Shown: one piece after another, positions 8,810 to 17,686 of the stretch
How the letters are laid out: the number at the start of each line of letters is the position of its first letter
How positions within the stretch are numbered: the first letter of the stretch is position 1
NCBI GenBank assembly: GCA_965197645.1
Contig: OZ240219.1
Span: 2,528,001 to 2,592,000, forward strand
From: Dehalococcoidia bacterium
GTDB taxonomy: Bacteria > Chloroflexota > Dehalococcoidia > Plut-88900
Direction: 5' to 3'
Length of the DNA: 64,000 nucleotides
Notes under the pieces: model-generated
Told to the model about the DNA's origin: nothing
Databases searched by the model: none
What the model saw: the letters and a program-made list of their open reading frames with translations, nothing else
Made by a program: the position numbers and the translations under genes

Positions 8810-11308
8810 ATGACTCTCGCCGCTAGACCCCGACTCGCCATCCTGTTCGTCGCCCTGGCCGCCCTGTTCCTGTCCCTCACCGGCGCACCGGTCCAGGCCC
8901 AGGACGGCTCCGTACCGGATCAGCCCACGGGACTGTCCACCGAGGCGTCCCACGACCGCGTTAACCTGACCTGGGACGACCCCAACGACGCCAGCATCAC
9001 CCACTACCAGGTGCTGCGGCGAGACCGCGACATCCACGACACCGGCGAGTTCGTCACCATCGACTCCGACACCGGCTCGGCGACGACGAGCTACACCGAC
9101 GACACCGTGGAGCCGGAGAAGCGCTACGTGTACCGGGTCGTGGCGGTGAACGACAACGGCGATAGTCAATGGTCCAGTTTCGCCCGGGCCAACACCCCGG
9201 CGGCCCCCCCGCAGGAGCCGGACCCGACTCCGACGCCAACCCCGACACCTACACCGGAACCGACCCCAACGCCGACGCCTGAGACGGACGGCGACGGGGA
9301 GGGCGGAACGGACGAGGGCGCGCCTGATGGCGCGGTGTGCAGCGCCACCGGTCCCTGCACGACGCTCGACGAGACTGACGGCGTGACCCACGTGGAGACG
9401 CTGGAGCTGACGAACGTGACGCATGACTCCGTGACGCTGGAGTGGACGGCGCCCGAGGGCGACCCTCCGCTGGGCTACGTGATCCTGCGGACCGGTGAAG
9501 GGGCTGCGCCCACGTTGTCGTCGATCATCGTGGGCAACACCGAGTCGCAGGAGACGAGCCATGCCGACAGCGGCCTGGAGCCGGAGACGCTCTACACGTA
9601 CTGGGTTTTGGCGCTGCGCTGGACGGGCGTGTCGGCATTCAAAGATGCAGCGAGCGCGTCGACCACCACCCCACCCGCACCTATAGTGATCGTGAGCGAG
9701 GTCCTGCTCGTGCGCGAGGATGGGACGGCGTACGATGAGCCGGGCAGCCCGCTGAAGGTCGCCCTGGCGCACGGCAGCGAGACAGGAGACTCCATCGTCC
9801 TCACCTGGTCGCCGCCGCGCGAGAGGGACTCTGACGGGCAGCTCGCCGGGCCTGAGGTGGACGTCGATGGATACCTCATCAACGTCACAACGCGTCTGGC
9901 GGACGGCCTACCGTCGTCGTCGTCGCGGCAGGTGGCCGACCTGGGGTCCACGGTGCGCACCTGGACGCACGAGCACGTCGAGCGGGGGATATGGCGCCGC
10001 TACTCGATTCGGGGCGACAAGAACGGCGACGAAGGCCCGGCGGCCTACACGGATTGGGTGCGGATTCCCCAGGACGGCGAGCCGGGCTCGCCGAGCAACC
10101 TGCGGCTGAGCCAGCAGGCTGACCCGACCAGGGTGCGGCTGAACTGGACGGCCGGCTCGGACGCGACCGGCTACAAGATCTACCGCTCGAGTAGCTGGCA
10201 CTGGAGTGATGTCACCCTCGAGTATGAGCTTCACTACGGCGTGGAGCTACAGGCCGGCGACGTCACGACATACACCGACGGCGACGCGGTGAGCCTGTAC
10301 TTAGGCACCACACACGACAACGACAACAACCCCGACACCAGGCGGATCATCGCGGGCGTGCTGCCCGGCTTCACCTACCGCTACGTGGTGGAGGCGGTCA
10401 ACGCGAGTGGAACAAGCGAGCGCACGGCGCAGGCAACCATCCTGATACCGACGGCGGGCAAGCCCAACGCGGTGCGCAACTTCGAACACGGCACCATCAG
10501 GCGCGGCAACGGCGCCACGACGAACATCCGGCTGAGCTGGGACGCGCCGCAGGGGTTCACGACGAACAGCTTCGGCGGGACCGCCGGCTACTTCATCGAG
10601 CGCGCCCTCGACCTGGCCGAGCACACCGAGCGGGGCCTGGACTGGGTGAACCTGGCGACGGTGAGTATAGGCACCCACACCTATACGGACAGCGCAGCGG
10701 TGGACGCGGCCAACGCCGACCGGATCATGCCCTTCGGCACGACCTGGCGCTACCGCATCCGCGCCGTCAGCGGCCTGGACGCTACCAAGCAGAGCGACAA
10801 CAGCTACGTCGACGCCGCGATACCCATGCCCTCAGGCGTGCCGGATCTCATCACCGCTGATCTCATATCGTACCTCCTCCCCTTCCCCACTGGGTACGGG
10901 ACGTTTGGCATTGACGAAAAGATGTGGACATGCGCCATGGTGAAATGGGATGGAGATGATTCCAGTCCCACCGACCAACGGATTCTTCGCCTTGGGCCAG
11001 GCGTGACCAGCTGGCACGATCCGGACGCTGTGCTCGTGTCCAGCACGAAAGGCTTGTCGGAGAGGAGCACTACTGCGGATATCACCCGCCTACGCGGAAC
11101 TGGGACTACTGGATCGAATAGCGTGTGTGACACGACCGTCGAGGCGGGCGAGACGTACATCTATATCGTGCAGGCAAAGAACGGCAACGGCTGGAACACG
11201 CAAGTCGTCGATGAATTCAATGTTATCGACACAATCGCCGTCTTCTACATTGAGACGGGCTCCGACGCCCCGCCGCCGCCCACCGAGGTCGAGCAGGATA
11301 CCGAGTAG
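8810..11308 (+). CDS. Secreted multi-fibronectin type III domain protein
   Basis: Signal peptide, repeated P..L...V.LTW..P...GY.I.R...YTD...Y.YRV.AVN units, PT-rich linker; AAGGAGG RBS. Confidence 0.88.
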   Translation: MTLAARPRLAILFVALAALFLSLTGAPVQAQDGSVPDQPTGLSTEASHDRVNLTWDDPNDASITHYQVLRRDRDIHDTGEFVTIDSDTGSATTSYTDDTVEPEKRYVYRVVAVNDNGDSQWSSFARANTPAAPPQEPDPTPTPTPTPTPEPTPTPTPETDGDGEGGTDEGAPDGAVCSATGPCTTLDETDGVTHVETLELTNVTHDSVTLEWTAPEGDPPLGYVILRTGEGAAPTLSSIIVGNTESQETSHADSGLEPETLYTYWVLALRWTGVSAFKDAASASTTTPPAPIVIVSEVLLVREDGTAYDEPGSPLKVALAHGSETGDSIVLTWSPPRERDSDGQLAGPEVDVDGYLINVTTRLADGLPSSSSRQVADLGSTVRTWTHEHVERGIWRRYSIRGDKNGDEGPAAYTDWVRIPQDGEPGSPSNLRLSQQADPTRVRLNWTAGSDATGYKIYRSSSWHWSDVTLEYELHYGVELQAGDVTTYTDGDAVSLYLGTTHDNDNNPDTRRIIAGVLPGFTYRYVVEAVNASGTSERTAQATILIPTAGKPNAVRNFEHGTIRRGNGATTNIRLSWDAPQGFTTNSFGGTAGYFIERALDLAEHTERGLDWVNLATVSIGTHTYTDSAAVDAANADRIMPFGTTWRYRIRAVSGLDATKQSDNSYVDAAIPMPSGVPDLITADLISYLLPFPTGYGTFGIDEKMWTCAMVKWDGDDSSPTDQRILRLGPGVTSWHDPDAVLVSSTKGLSERSTTADITRLRGTGTTGSNSVCDTTVEAGETYIYIVQAKNGNGWNTQVVDEFNVIDTIAVFYIETGSDAPPPPTEVEQDTE

Positions 11309-11357
11309 AGAAAGAAGCGGCGTGCGGGTGAAGCGGGTGCGACCACGGGGCCTGAAG

Positions 11358-11385
11358 ACGCAAAAAGGGCAGCACACATGGGAAG
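11358..11385. repeat. Intergenic motif copy 1 (ACGCAAAAAGGGCAGCACACATGGGAAG)
   Basis: Recurs at 11779 and 13292. Confidence 0.75.
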
Positions 11386-11488
11386 TCCGGGCGGGGCGGC
11401 GGTCCTGCCCGGACAACGGATTCGCCCAATTCCAGGAGTGGACAGACGGCGGGAGCGTCCTGGCGAGTCCCTGTGGAAGGCCGACCAG

Positions 11489-11734
11489 ATGCCTCGACAG
11501 CGCATACACCACAGCAGAGTGACCTACCAAGTCCCCCACGACTTCCCGGAGCGGCTGGAGCGGTTCAAGGAGGAGTCGGGGCTGTCGTGGGCGGAGATTG
11601 CACGGCGTCTCGACGTCCACCACGAGACGCTGCGGCGCTGGAGGAAGGGACGGGCTCGCCCCAGCATGCGGAACATGATGGCGCTGGTGGCCCTGGCGAG
11701 ACCCTTTGGCCTCGCCCACCTGTTCACCGACTAG
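11489..11734 (+). CDS. XRE-family HTH regulator
   Basis: FPERLERFKEESGLSWAEIARRLDV...LRRWRKG..RPS. Confidence 0.85.
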   Translation: MPRQRIHHSRVTYQVPHDFPERLERFKEESGLSWAEIARRLDVHHETLRRWRKGRARPSMRNMMALVALARPFGLAHLFTD

Positions 11735-11778
11735 GGAGTCGGCGCTCCGGTGAGCGCCTGCGGCCGCAGACGCCGGAA

Positions 11779-11802
11779 ACGCAAAAAGGGCGGCACACAT
11801 GG
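11779..11802. repeat. Intergenic motif copy 2
   Basis: ACGCAAAAAGGGCGGCACACATGG, 23/24 identical to the start of copy 1. Confidence 0.75.
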
Positions 11803-12066
11803 CCGGGCCTCTCCCCATCCTCTCCCCGTCACGCCGGCGTTGCCTTACGGGAGCGGCTGCATCATCATAGAGGCGTCGTTGGCGGCAGTCCCGTAGGGGG
11901 CCGACGAAAGGCCAAGCCGCGAGGGGACGGCCCGGTGTGGCGTCCCGCCGGTGGAGACGGATTCGAGTCCGGGCCGCAGGCCGCAGCCTGCGCCATCGAG
12001 GGCCGCCGTCCGCGCAACGAGGGACCAGCCCAATAGGAGAACGCCAGGACATGCAGGAGGAGCGTC

Positions 12067-13218
12067 ATGAACGAGGAGCATGACGGGACGGACCAGGAGA
12101 AGCCATCGGAGGAAGAGTACCAGAGGTTTCGCAGGATGATGGACGGCATGGGTCGCGAGGGCATCCGGCGCATGGTCGAGCATCTGACGGAGAGAATCGA
12201 GGCGAACCCCCGCGACGCCGAAGCCCTGTCCGCAAGGGGGCTGGCGTACGCCGAGCTGGGGGAGCACCGCCTTGCGGCGGAGGACTACGGCAGGGTCATC
12301 GCCCTGGACCCCGGCAACGCGGGCGCCCACCTCGGCAGGGCGCGCGCCTATGGCAGGCTGGAGGAGCACCGCTCGGCGGTGGAGGACTACGACGCCGCCA
12401 TCCGCCTGGCCCCCGGCGACGCCGTGGCGCACTACAGCCGGGGGGCGTGCAAGGCGGAGCTGGGCGACCTTGCGGGGGCGATGAGCGACTTCGACGTGGC
12501 CGTCACCATGGCCCCCGGCGACGCCGACGCCCACTACAACCGGGGATTGACCCAGGTGGCGATGGGCAAACGCCACCGGGCGGTGAAGGACCTGAGCAGG
12601 GCCATAGACTTGAACCCCAACCTCGCCGACGCCCACTACCACCGGGGCATGGCATACCGCGACATGGGCCGGATGGACAGGGCGGTCAGGGACTTCGACG
12701 CCGCCGTCGAGATCGAAGAGCGGTACGGCCTCGCCTTCTACGCCAGGGGAATCACCAACGTCAACCTGGGAGCACACGAGGCCGCGCTCGGCGACTTCGA
12801 CGCCGTGCTGGGGCTCGACCCCGACAACGCCCCGGCGCTCCGGGGCAGGGGCGTCGCCCTGGGCAGCCTGGGCCGTTACGACGAGGCGGTCGGGGACTTC
12901 GGCCGGTCCCTGGAGTTGGACCCCGGCAACGCCGAGGCCCTCGCTGCCCGGGGGCTGGCCCACAGCAGCCTGGAGCAATACGAGCTGGCGATAGAGGACT
13001 ACAGCAGGGTGATCGACCTCGACCCCCGGAACAGGGACGTCCTCTACAGCAGGGGAATCGCCCGCATGTACGCGGCCCGGTTCGAGAGCGCCATCGAGGA
13101 CTTCGAGGCCATCCTCGGCATCGAGCCGGGGCACGCCGCGGCGCGGGGGGCGAGGGGGTTGGCCCGCGAGACGCTGGAGATGCGGGGCGGCGCGGGCGAG
13201 GGACAGGCGGCGCGGTAG
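12067..13218 (+). CDS. Tetratricopeptide repeat protein
   Basis: About ten 34-aa units A.A...RG.A...LG....A..D...AI.LDP. Confidence 0.92.
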   Translation: MNEEHDGTDQEKPSEEEYQRFRRMMDGMGREGIRRMVEHLTERIEANPRDAEALSARGLAYAELGEHRLAAEDYGRVIALDPGNAGAHLGRARAYGRLEEHRSAVEDYDAAIRLAPGDAVAHYSRGACKAELGDLAGAMSDFDVAVTMAPGDADAHYNRGLTQVAMGKRHRAVKDLSRAIDLNPNLADAHYHRGMAYRDMGRMDRAVRDFDAAVEIEERYGLAFYARGITNVNLGAHEAALGDFDAVLGLDPDNAPALRGRGVALGSLGRYDEAVGDFGRSLELDPGNAEALAARGLAHSSLEQYELAIEDYSRVIDLDPRNRDVLYSRGIARMYAARFESAIEDFEAILGIEPGHAAARGARGLARETLEMRGGAGEGQAAR

Positions 13219-13291
13219 CGCCGCCGCGCGGACGTGAGCGCCCGCTGCCCCCACTTCAGGGATGTCGAAGACGGGCGGTGATTTCGGGCAA

Positions 13292-13317
13292 CAAAAAAAG
13301 GCGGCATACATGGGAAG
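13292..13317. repeat. Intergenic motif copy 3
   Basis: CAAAAAAAGGCGGCATACATGGGAAG followed by a GC-rich hairpin. Confidence 0.7.
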
Positions 13318-13403
13318 CAGGGGGAGGCCATCGCCGCAATGACGACGGCCTTCCCCCTGAGCGACGGCCCGGTGCTTTGCGCCGGGCCGTCGCCCACGCC
13401 TCG

Positions 13404-14510
13404 CTAGGCGGCTGCCGGCTCCGGCTGCTTGAGCATGGCGGAGTAGCCGGGCATCAGGACGGGCGTCATCGACAACCGGCCCGCGCCGTCGTACCCGGCG
13501 CGGTAGGCGTACTCCGCCTTCGCGCCCCAGGGCACCCGGCCGCCGACCCGGACGGCGGGACCGCCGGACCTGCCGCGGCGCCCAGGCCCGCCCGCGCCGT
13601 GCACCACCATCCCGCTCCGCTCGCCCTTCCGCCAGCCCAGCACCTTCACCTCGGCGGGCATGACCCGCTCCTCCGACTTCGCGCGCCGGAACAGCACGGC
13701 GTGCAGCCTCTTCAGCACGCCCGCCGACGGGCTGGCCTTGCCGTTCATGATCTGGGAGAGGTACGAGGAGCTGATGCCGGCGCGCCGTGCGACCTCGTTC
13801 TGGCTGAAGCCGTGAGCGTCCATGCGGTCCCACACGGCCTTCGGGTCGACGCAGGCAAGCTGCGCGGACGCGACCGTCGCCTCGGCCTCCAGCGCCGCCT
13901 CGACCAGCGCCTGGACCCTCACGCCCATGCCCCTGCGGCCGCGGGACACCTCCGACATGTAGCTGGCGGACACGCCGACCCGCTCGGCAAGCTCCCGCAT
14001 GGTCATGCCCAGGGCGCGGGCGCGCTCCCGGACGTAGCTGCTCTGCCCGTTCACCACGCTCGCCGGGCGGTTGGCGCACTGTGCGGGCGCGATCTTGGCC
14101 GGGGCCTTGAGCGCCGACTCGATCCGGGTCTGGACCTTGACGCCCATGTTGACGCGGCCACGGGCCACCCCCGACATGTATCCGTAGGACACCCCGGCGC
14201 GGTCGGCCAGGTCCCGCATGGTCATTCCCATCTCGCGGGCGCGCTCCCTGATGAAGCTGCTCTCGCCGGTCACGACGCCGCCCTGGCGGTAGACCGTCCC
14301 CTGGCCGGGGACCTCTCCCAGCACCGCCGCGACCTTCTCCCGCATCACGGGCGTCCACGGACTGCCTCCGTTGGCGAGCCGTGACAGGTAACTCGCGCCC
14401 ACGCCCATCCGGGCCGCCAGCTCCTTCATGGTGAGCCCGCGCCGCCTCGCCGCAGCCCTGAGCTCGCTCTCCGCCGTCCTGGTTCCGGTTGCCATCGTTG
14501 CCGTCGTCAT
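13404..14510 (-). CDS. Protein with four tandem XRE-type HTH domains
   Basis: Four repeats of R.RAR..G.TM.ELA.R.GVS.SY.S....G; ATG 14510 with GAGGAGG RBS. Confidence 0.88.
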   Translation of the reverse strand: MTTATMATGTRTAESELRAAARRRGLTMKELAARMGVGASYLSRLANGGSPWTPVMREKVAAVLGEVPGQGTVYRQGGVVTGESSFIRERAREMGMTMRDLADRAGVSYGYMSGVARGRVNMGVKVQTRIESALKAPAKIAPAQCANRPASVVNGQSSYVRERARALGMTMRELAERVGVSASYMSEVSRGRRGMGVRVQALVEAALEAEATVASAQLACVDPKAVWDRMDAHGFSQNEVARRAGISSSYLSQIMNGKASPSAGVLKRLHAVLFRRAKSEERVMPAEVKVLGWRKGERSGMVVHGAGGPGRRGRSGGPAVRVGGRVPWGAKAEYAYRAGYDGAGRLSMTPVLMPGYSAMLKQPEPAAA

Positions 14511-14564
14511 CGGTCTGTCCTCCTCTTGTGTTGTGTTGCCTGTGGCCTGCGCCCGCTGGCGGGC

Positions 14565-14604
14565 AAAGAAGAAGGGCCGTCCCCGACGAACGAGGACGAC
14601 CCTT
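14565..14604 (-). terminator. Intrinsic terminator/attenuator hairpin in leader of the 4xHTH gene
   Basis: Minus strand AAGGGTCGTCCTCG-TTCGT-CGGGGACGGCCCTT followed by CTTCTTT. Confidence 0.6.
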
Positions 14605-14643
14605 GTGAATGGGGGTGTGTTGTGAGAGCCGGAGGCCCCGCCG

Positions 14644-14673
14644 TCAGCGGCGATGGACCTCGTTGACGCGCAT
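14644..14673 (-). CDS. Putative leader peptide MRVNEVHRR
   Basis: AAAGGAGGAG RBS directly before ATG; 9 codons plus TGA; lies ~40 nt upstream of the terminator. Confidence 0.45.
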   Translation of the reverse strand: MRVNEVHRR

Positions 14674-14794
14674 GGACTCCTCCTTTCAGTAGCTGACCCG
14701 CACGGCATCCACGGCGGGAGTCATTGGTGATGGGGTTGACGCTGGACGCACTCCGCCCACGGTCGAATGCCGGACGCGAGAGACGGAGCGGGGG

Positions 14795-15097
14795 TGAGAA
14801 AAGACGCAGCTCGGCCCAGGGTGGATACCGTCAGGGGGGAACTGCTACGAGGGGAGCGGCTGTCCTACGGCTTCATCGCAGACCAGCGCATGAGAGAAGA
14901 CGCAGCTTGCCCCAGGGTGCGTAGCGTGCAGGTTGGGAGGAAAGCTGCGAGACGTGAAGCGGCCAGCCTACGTCTCAGTCGCAGACCGGCGCATGGTGAG
15001 GAAAACGCAGCTTGCCCAGGGTGCGTAGCGTCCGCGTTGGGCGAAAGCTGCGAGGCGTGAAGCGGCCAGCCTGCTTGGAACGGCAGACCGGCGCATG
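14795..15097. repeat. Three tandem ~100-bp structured repeats
   Basis: Units begin ACGCAGC (14804, 14900, 15005) and end GCAGACCRGCGCATG; internal IRs CGCAGCTT/AAGCTGCG and GAGACGT/ACGTCTC. Confidence 0.85.
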
Positions 15098-15216
15098 TCG
15101 AAGCTGCGGCCTAGCTGTCAGTCAGCCATGCCGCAGGCGTGAGGAGCCGGTCGAAGCGACAGACGCATTTCGACCGACTGGTGGAGGACGGGGCGCAGAG
15201 AGCGCTCCGTCCCTGA

Positions 15217-15458
15217 TGTCCAACGGCGAGAGCGATCAACCCCAACCGCCAGACGAGTGCCCAACGGAAGGAGCGATCAACCCCAACCGCCAGACCGGTG
15301 TCCAGTGACGGAAGCGATCAACTCCCAACCACCGGACGGGTGTCCAGCGGGAGAAGGGCTTATCACTCCAACCGCCGGACTTGGACCGAGGACGAAGGAC
15401 CAGCGTCAACTCCGTCGTTTCGGCCCGCGCTGCTTGCGAAGGACCAACGTCAACTCCG
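15217..15458. repeat. Iteron-like array, 41-45 bp period
   Basis: AGCGATCAAC at 15231, 15272, 15313, degenerate 4th copy at ~15358; CGAAGGACCARCGTCAACTCCG at 15393 and 15437. Confidence 0.85.
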
Positions 15459-15695
15459 CTTCAGCAGCATTCCCTCGTGGGAGACCGGGGGAGAGCGAAT
15501 CATCCTCCGGTCATGCCCGTGCAACAGGGATCACGCACCCAGGTTTCTATGGTCGGAAACCTTGGAAAAAGCCAAACAGCAGGCTCATTATCGCGGCCCG
15601 AGACCCGCAAAAGAGGGCCTGCGACGCCCCTTTCGCAAACTGCCGCCAAATCGTTCACTAAAGTTGCCTGCAAAGCCGCCGCACTCCCGGCCCGG

Positions 15696-16547
15696 CTACC
15701 GCCACAACAGTCGGAGGGTCAGCGTGTTCAGAAGCTCCCGCTTCTTCAGCGCTCTCCGCGTGTCGAAGAGCGCCGTCCGGCGATGGGTGACCTGCCCGTT
15801 GCGGTCGAAGCCCCTCAGCGGAAACCTTGCCGGGGGTAGCGTCATGCCGTGGTCTTCGAGCAGGCCCAGCTCCAACGCCAGGAACCGCTCCTCGGTGCGC
15901 AGCCAGTCCAGGCTCTTCCCGTCGTTGGGGTGAACGTCCTTCAGCTCCCGCCACTCGACGATCATCGGCCACGCCTCCCCGAACGCCTCCTCGTCGTCCT
16001 CGGCGGGCTCAAGGGTCACGAGGTCGGGGTACTCTCGCCGCAACCTGGGCCTCGGCGGGGGTTTCCTGCCCATGCCCGACGCACCGCTCTCCGAGCCGTC
16101 CGCTGCCGCCTGGGAGGGACCGGCGCCGGCGTGACCGGCCCCGGTCCCCTGGGCATCGTCCCGACGCAGGGCTTCGACCCGGCCCTCGACGGCGGCCACA
16201 CGTCTCCGCACCTCCTTGCCCAGGGCGTCATAGTCCTTTGCCAACGCCTCATGCCCCTTCTCCAGCGCCTCGACCCGGCTCTCCAGCTTCTCGTTGCGCT
16301 CCCGCTGCCGGGCCGCAGCCGACCCGACGCCCTCCTGCAACGCACGCTCCAGGGCCTGCCGCACCCGCCTCGACAGCTGCCCCGTCCTGGCGCACTCGGC
16401 CACCGTCCGCTGGTCCAGCTCCAGCACCCGCGCCGCGCCCTTGTATCCCTTGTCCCGCACCAGCTCTTGCAGCAGCGCCATGAGCCTCATGTGGTAGACG
16501 TTCTCCACGTCCTTGCTGCTCTCGATGCCGTGTTCGGTGGTCTTCAT
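15696..16547 (-). CDS. Hypothetical ICE protein (N-terminal HTH-like, coiled coil)
   Basis: GAARVLELDQRTV HTH-like segment, heptad region, GC3-biased codons. Confidence 0.7.
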   Translation of the reverse strand: MKTTEHGIESSKDVENVYHMRLMALLQELVRDKGYKGAARVLELDQRTVAECARTGQLSRRVRQALERALQEGVGSAAARQRERNEKLESRVEALEKGHEALAKDYDALGKEVRRRVAAVEGRVEALRRDDAQGTGAGHAGAGPSQAAADGSESGASGMGRKPPPRPRLRREYPDLVTLEPAEDDEEAFGEAWPMIVEWRELKDVHPNDGKSLDWLRTEERFLALELGLLEDHGMTLPPARFPLRGFDRNGQVTHRRTALFDTRRALKKRELLNTLTLRLLWR

Positions 16548-16677
16548 GGCTCTTTTCTCCCTCTGCAAACTCCGCTTGAGTCTCCGGTCAGCCACTGGCC
16601 GGCCCTTTTCCCGCTCTCAGGCCACGGTTTTCGGGGACGTCATGCACCCCCACTTCAAGCGCCTTTTCCGGGGCCTA

Positions 16678-16741
16678 ATGTCATTGGGAAGCCGCTCCCA
16701 CGGTCCCGCCGATGTCATTCCCCACGTTTGGCGATGTCATT
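16678..16741. promoter_or_regulatory. Three ATGTCATT boxes
   Basis: At 16678, 16712, 16734 in divergent promoter region. Confidence 0.45.
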
Positions 16742-16910
16742 GCAGTCCGGAACGCACCCTTTCTGAAAGTGTTCACTGGTTACGTCCTGTAGGGGGGCGA
16801 TTTACCCCTGTTTCAGCTACGAAATCACGACTCTGGCCGCTCTGCTACAAAACTGAAACTCCTGTACACCCCCAATACTGCACGAAAGGGGCCGAAAAAA
16901 AGAGGGCCTA

Positions 16911-16983
16911 TAACCCCCCGCATCCCTGCGCAGAGTCACGGGGGAACGGCCCGTAACCACCCCGCATCCGTGCGCAGAGTTAC
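16911..16983. promoter_or_regulatory. Tandem direct repeat upstream of transfer operon
   Basis: CCCCGCATCC(C/G)TGCGCAGAGT(C/T)AC twice, 44 bp apart. Confidence 0.6.
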
Positions 16984-17044
16984 CAGGGGTCTTATTTCCA
17001 GTTTCATTTAGTCACACTTTTTTGCGACCGCCGTAATCCGGCCA

Positions 17045-17683
17045 TTGGCGGCAGACCGCAGAAGAGAGGTGAACGAGTTGGCGCTGAGATCGAAACTCCG
17101 GTCCGTTAGACGGCTGATTCCCCTGGCAATCGCGCTGCTGTTGGCGGCGCTTCTGGCAGTCCCCGCAAGCAACATGGCCCTGGCCCAAGCCCCGCCCGGT
17201 AACGAGCTGACCCTGGTCAACGCCGACCGGGAGTTCGTGGAGCGAAAGGGCGGCGGCGAGTTCGTCGCCCGGCCCGTCTTCGACCGCGAGATCGCCGACC
17301 TCTTCTACGCCGTCCGGGACGCCGACACCGGCGACTGGATAAGCGCCATGTACCGGGTCAATGGCGGCGAGAAGGAGCGAAGCGACGGCTGGGAGTACTC
17401 GTGGGAGTACCCCGACCTCGACGAGCAGCCCGACCTCGACCGCGACCGGGCGTACCTGCTGGTCATTCTGGCCGTCGCCGAGGACGGCAAGCGGGGCGAG
17501 TTCTACGCCGTCGTCCCCATCCACCAGCCGGGCCGCATCTGGGACAAGATCCTCTCCGCCCTCAACCCGGCGCGCTGGGCGCGGGCCTTCGCCGGCTGGG
17601 TGATCGAGGGAGTCCACGGGACCCTCTGCGGAGTGGTGGAGCGGGCGTCCGGCGAGGACGCCGACAACTGCGGGGGCGGGTAG
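17045..17683 (+). CDS. Secreted hypothetical protein, first gene of transfer operon
   Basis: Signal peptide LIPLAIALLLAALLAVPA; start may be 17069 or 17078; next gene 3 bp downstream. Confidence 0.7.
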   Translation: MAADRRREVNELALRSKLRSVRRLIPLAIALLLAALLAVPASNMALAQAPPGNELTLVNADREFVERKGGGEFVARPVFDREIADLFYAVRDADTGDWISAMYRVNGGEKERSDGWEYSWEYPDLDEQPDLDRDRAYLLVILAVAEDGKRGEFYAVVPIHQPGRIWDKILSALNPARWARAFAGWVIEGVHGTLCGVVERASGEDADNCGGG

Positions 17684-17686
17684 CCG

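Noticed and set aside
8810-11308. Diversity-generating retroelement target in FN3 gene
   Set aside because: No reverse transcriptase and no template repeat with adenine-specific mismatches seen
11845-14384. Long overlapping ORFs (837 aa, 645 aa) and similar shadow ORFs across the window
   Set aside because: Arg/Gly/Pro-rich off-frame products of high GC overlapping well-supported genes
14795-15097. Type III toxin-antitoxin RNA array
   Set aside because: Units are much longer than known type III antitoxin repeats and no ToxN/TenpN/CptN-like gene is adjacent
15217-15458. CRISPR array
   Set aside because: Inter-repeat segments are short and similar to each other, repeats are not palindromic, and no cas genes are present
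14767-15933. ORFs spanning the repeat arrays
   Set aside because: Repeat units fall in different frames; no recognisable domain or codon bias
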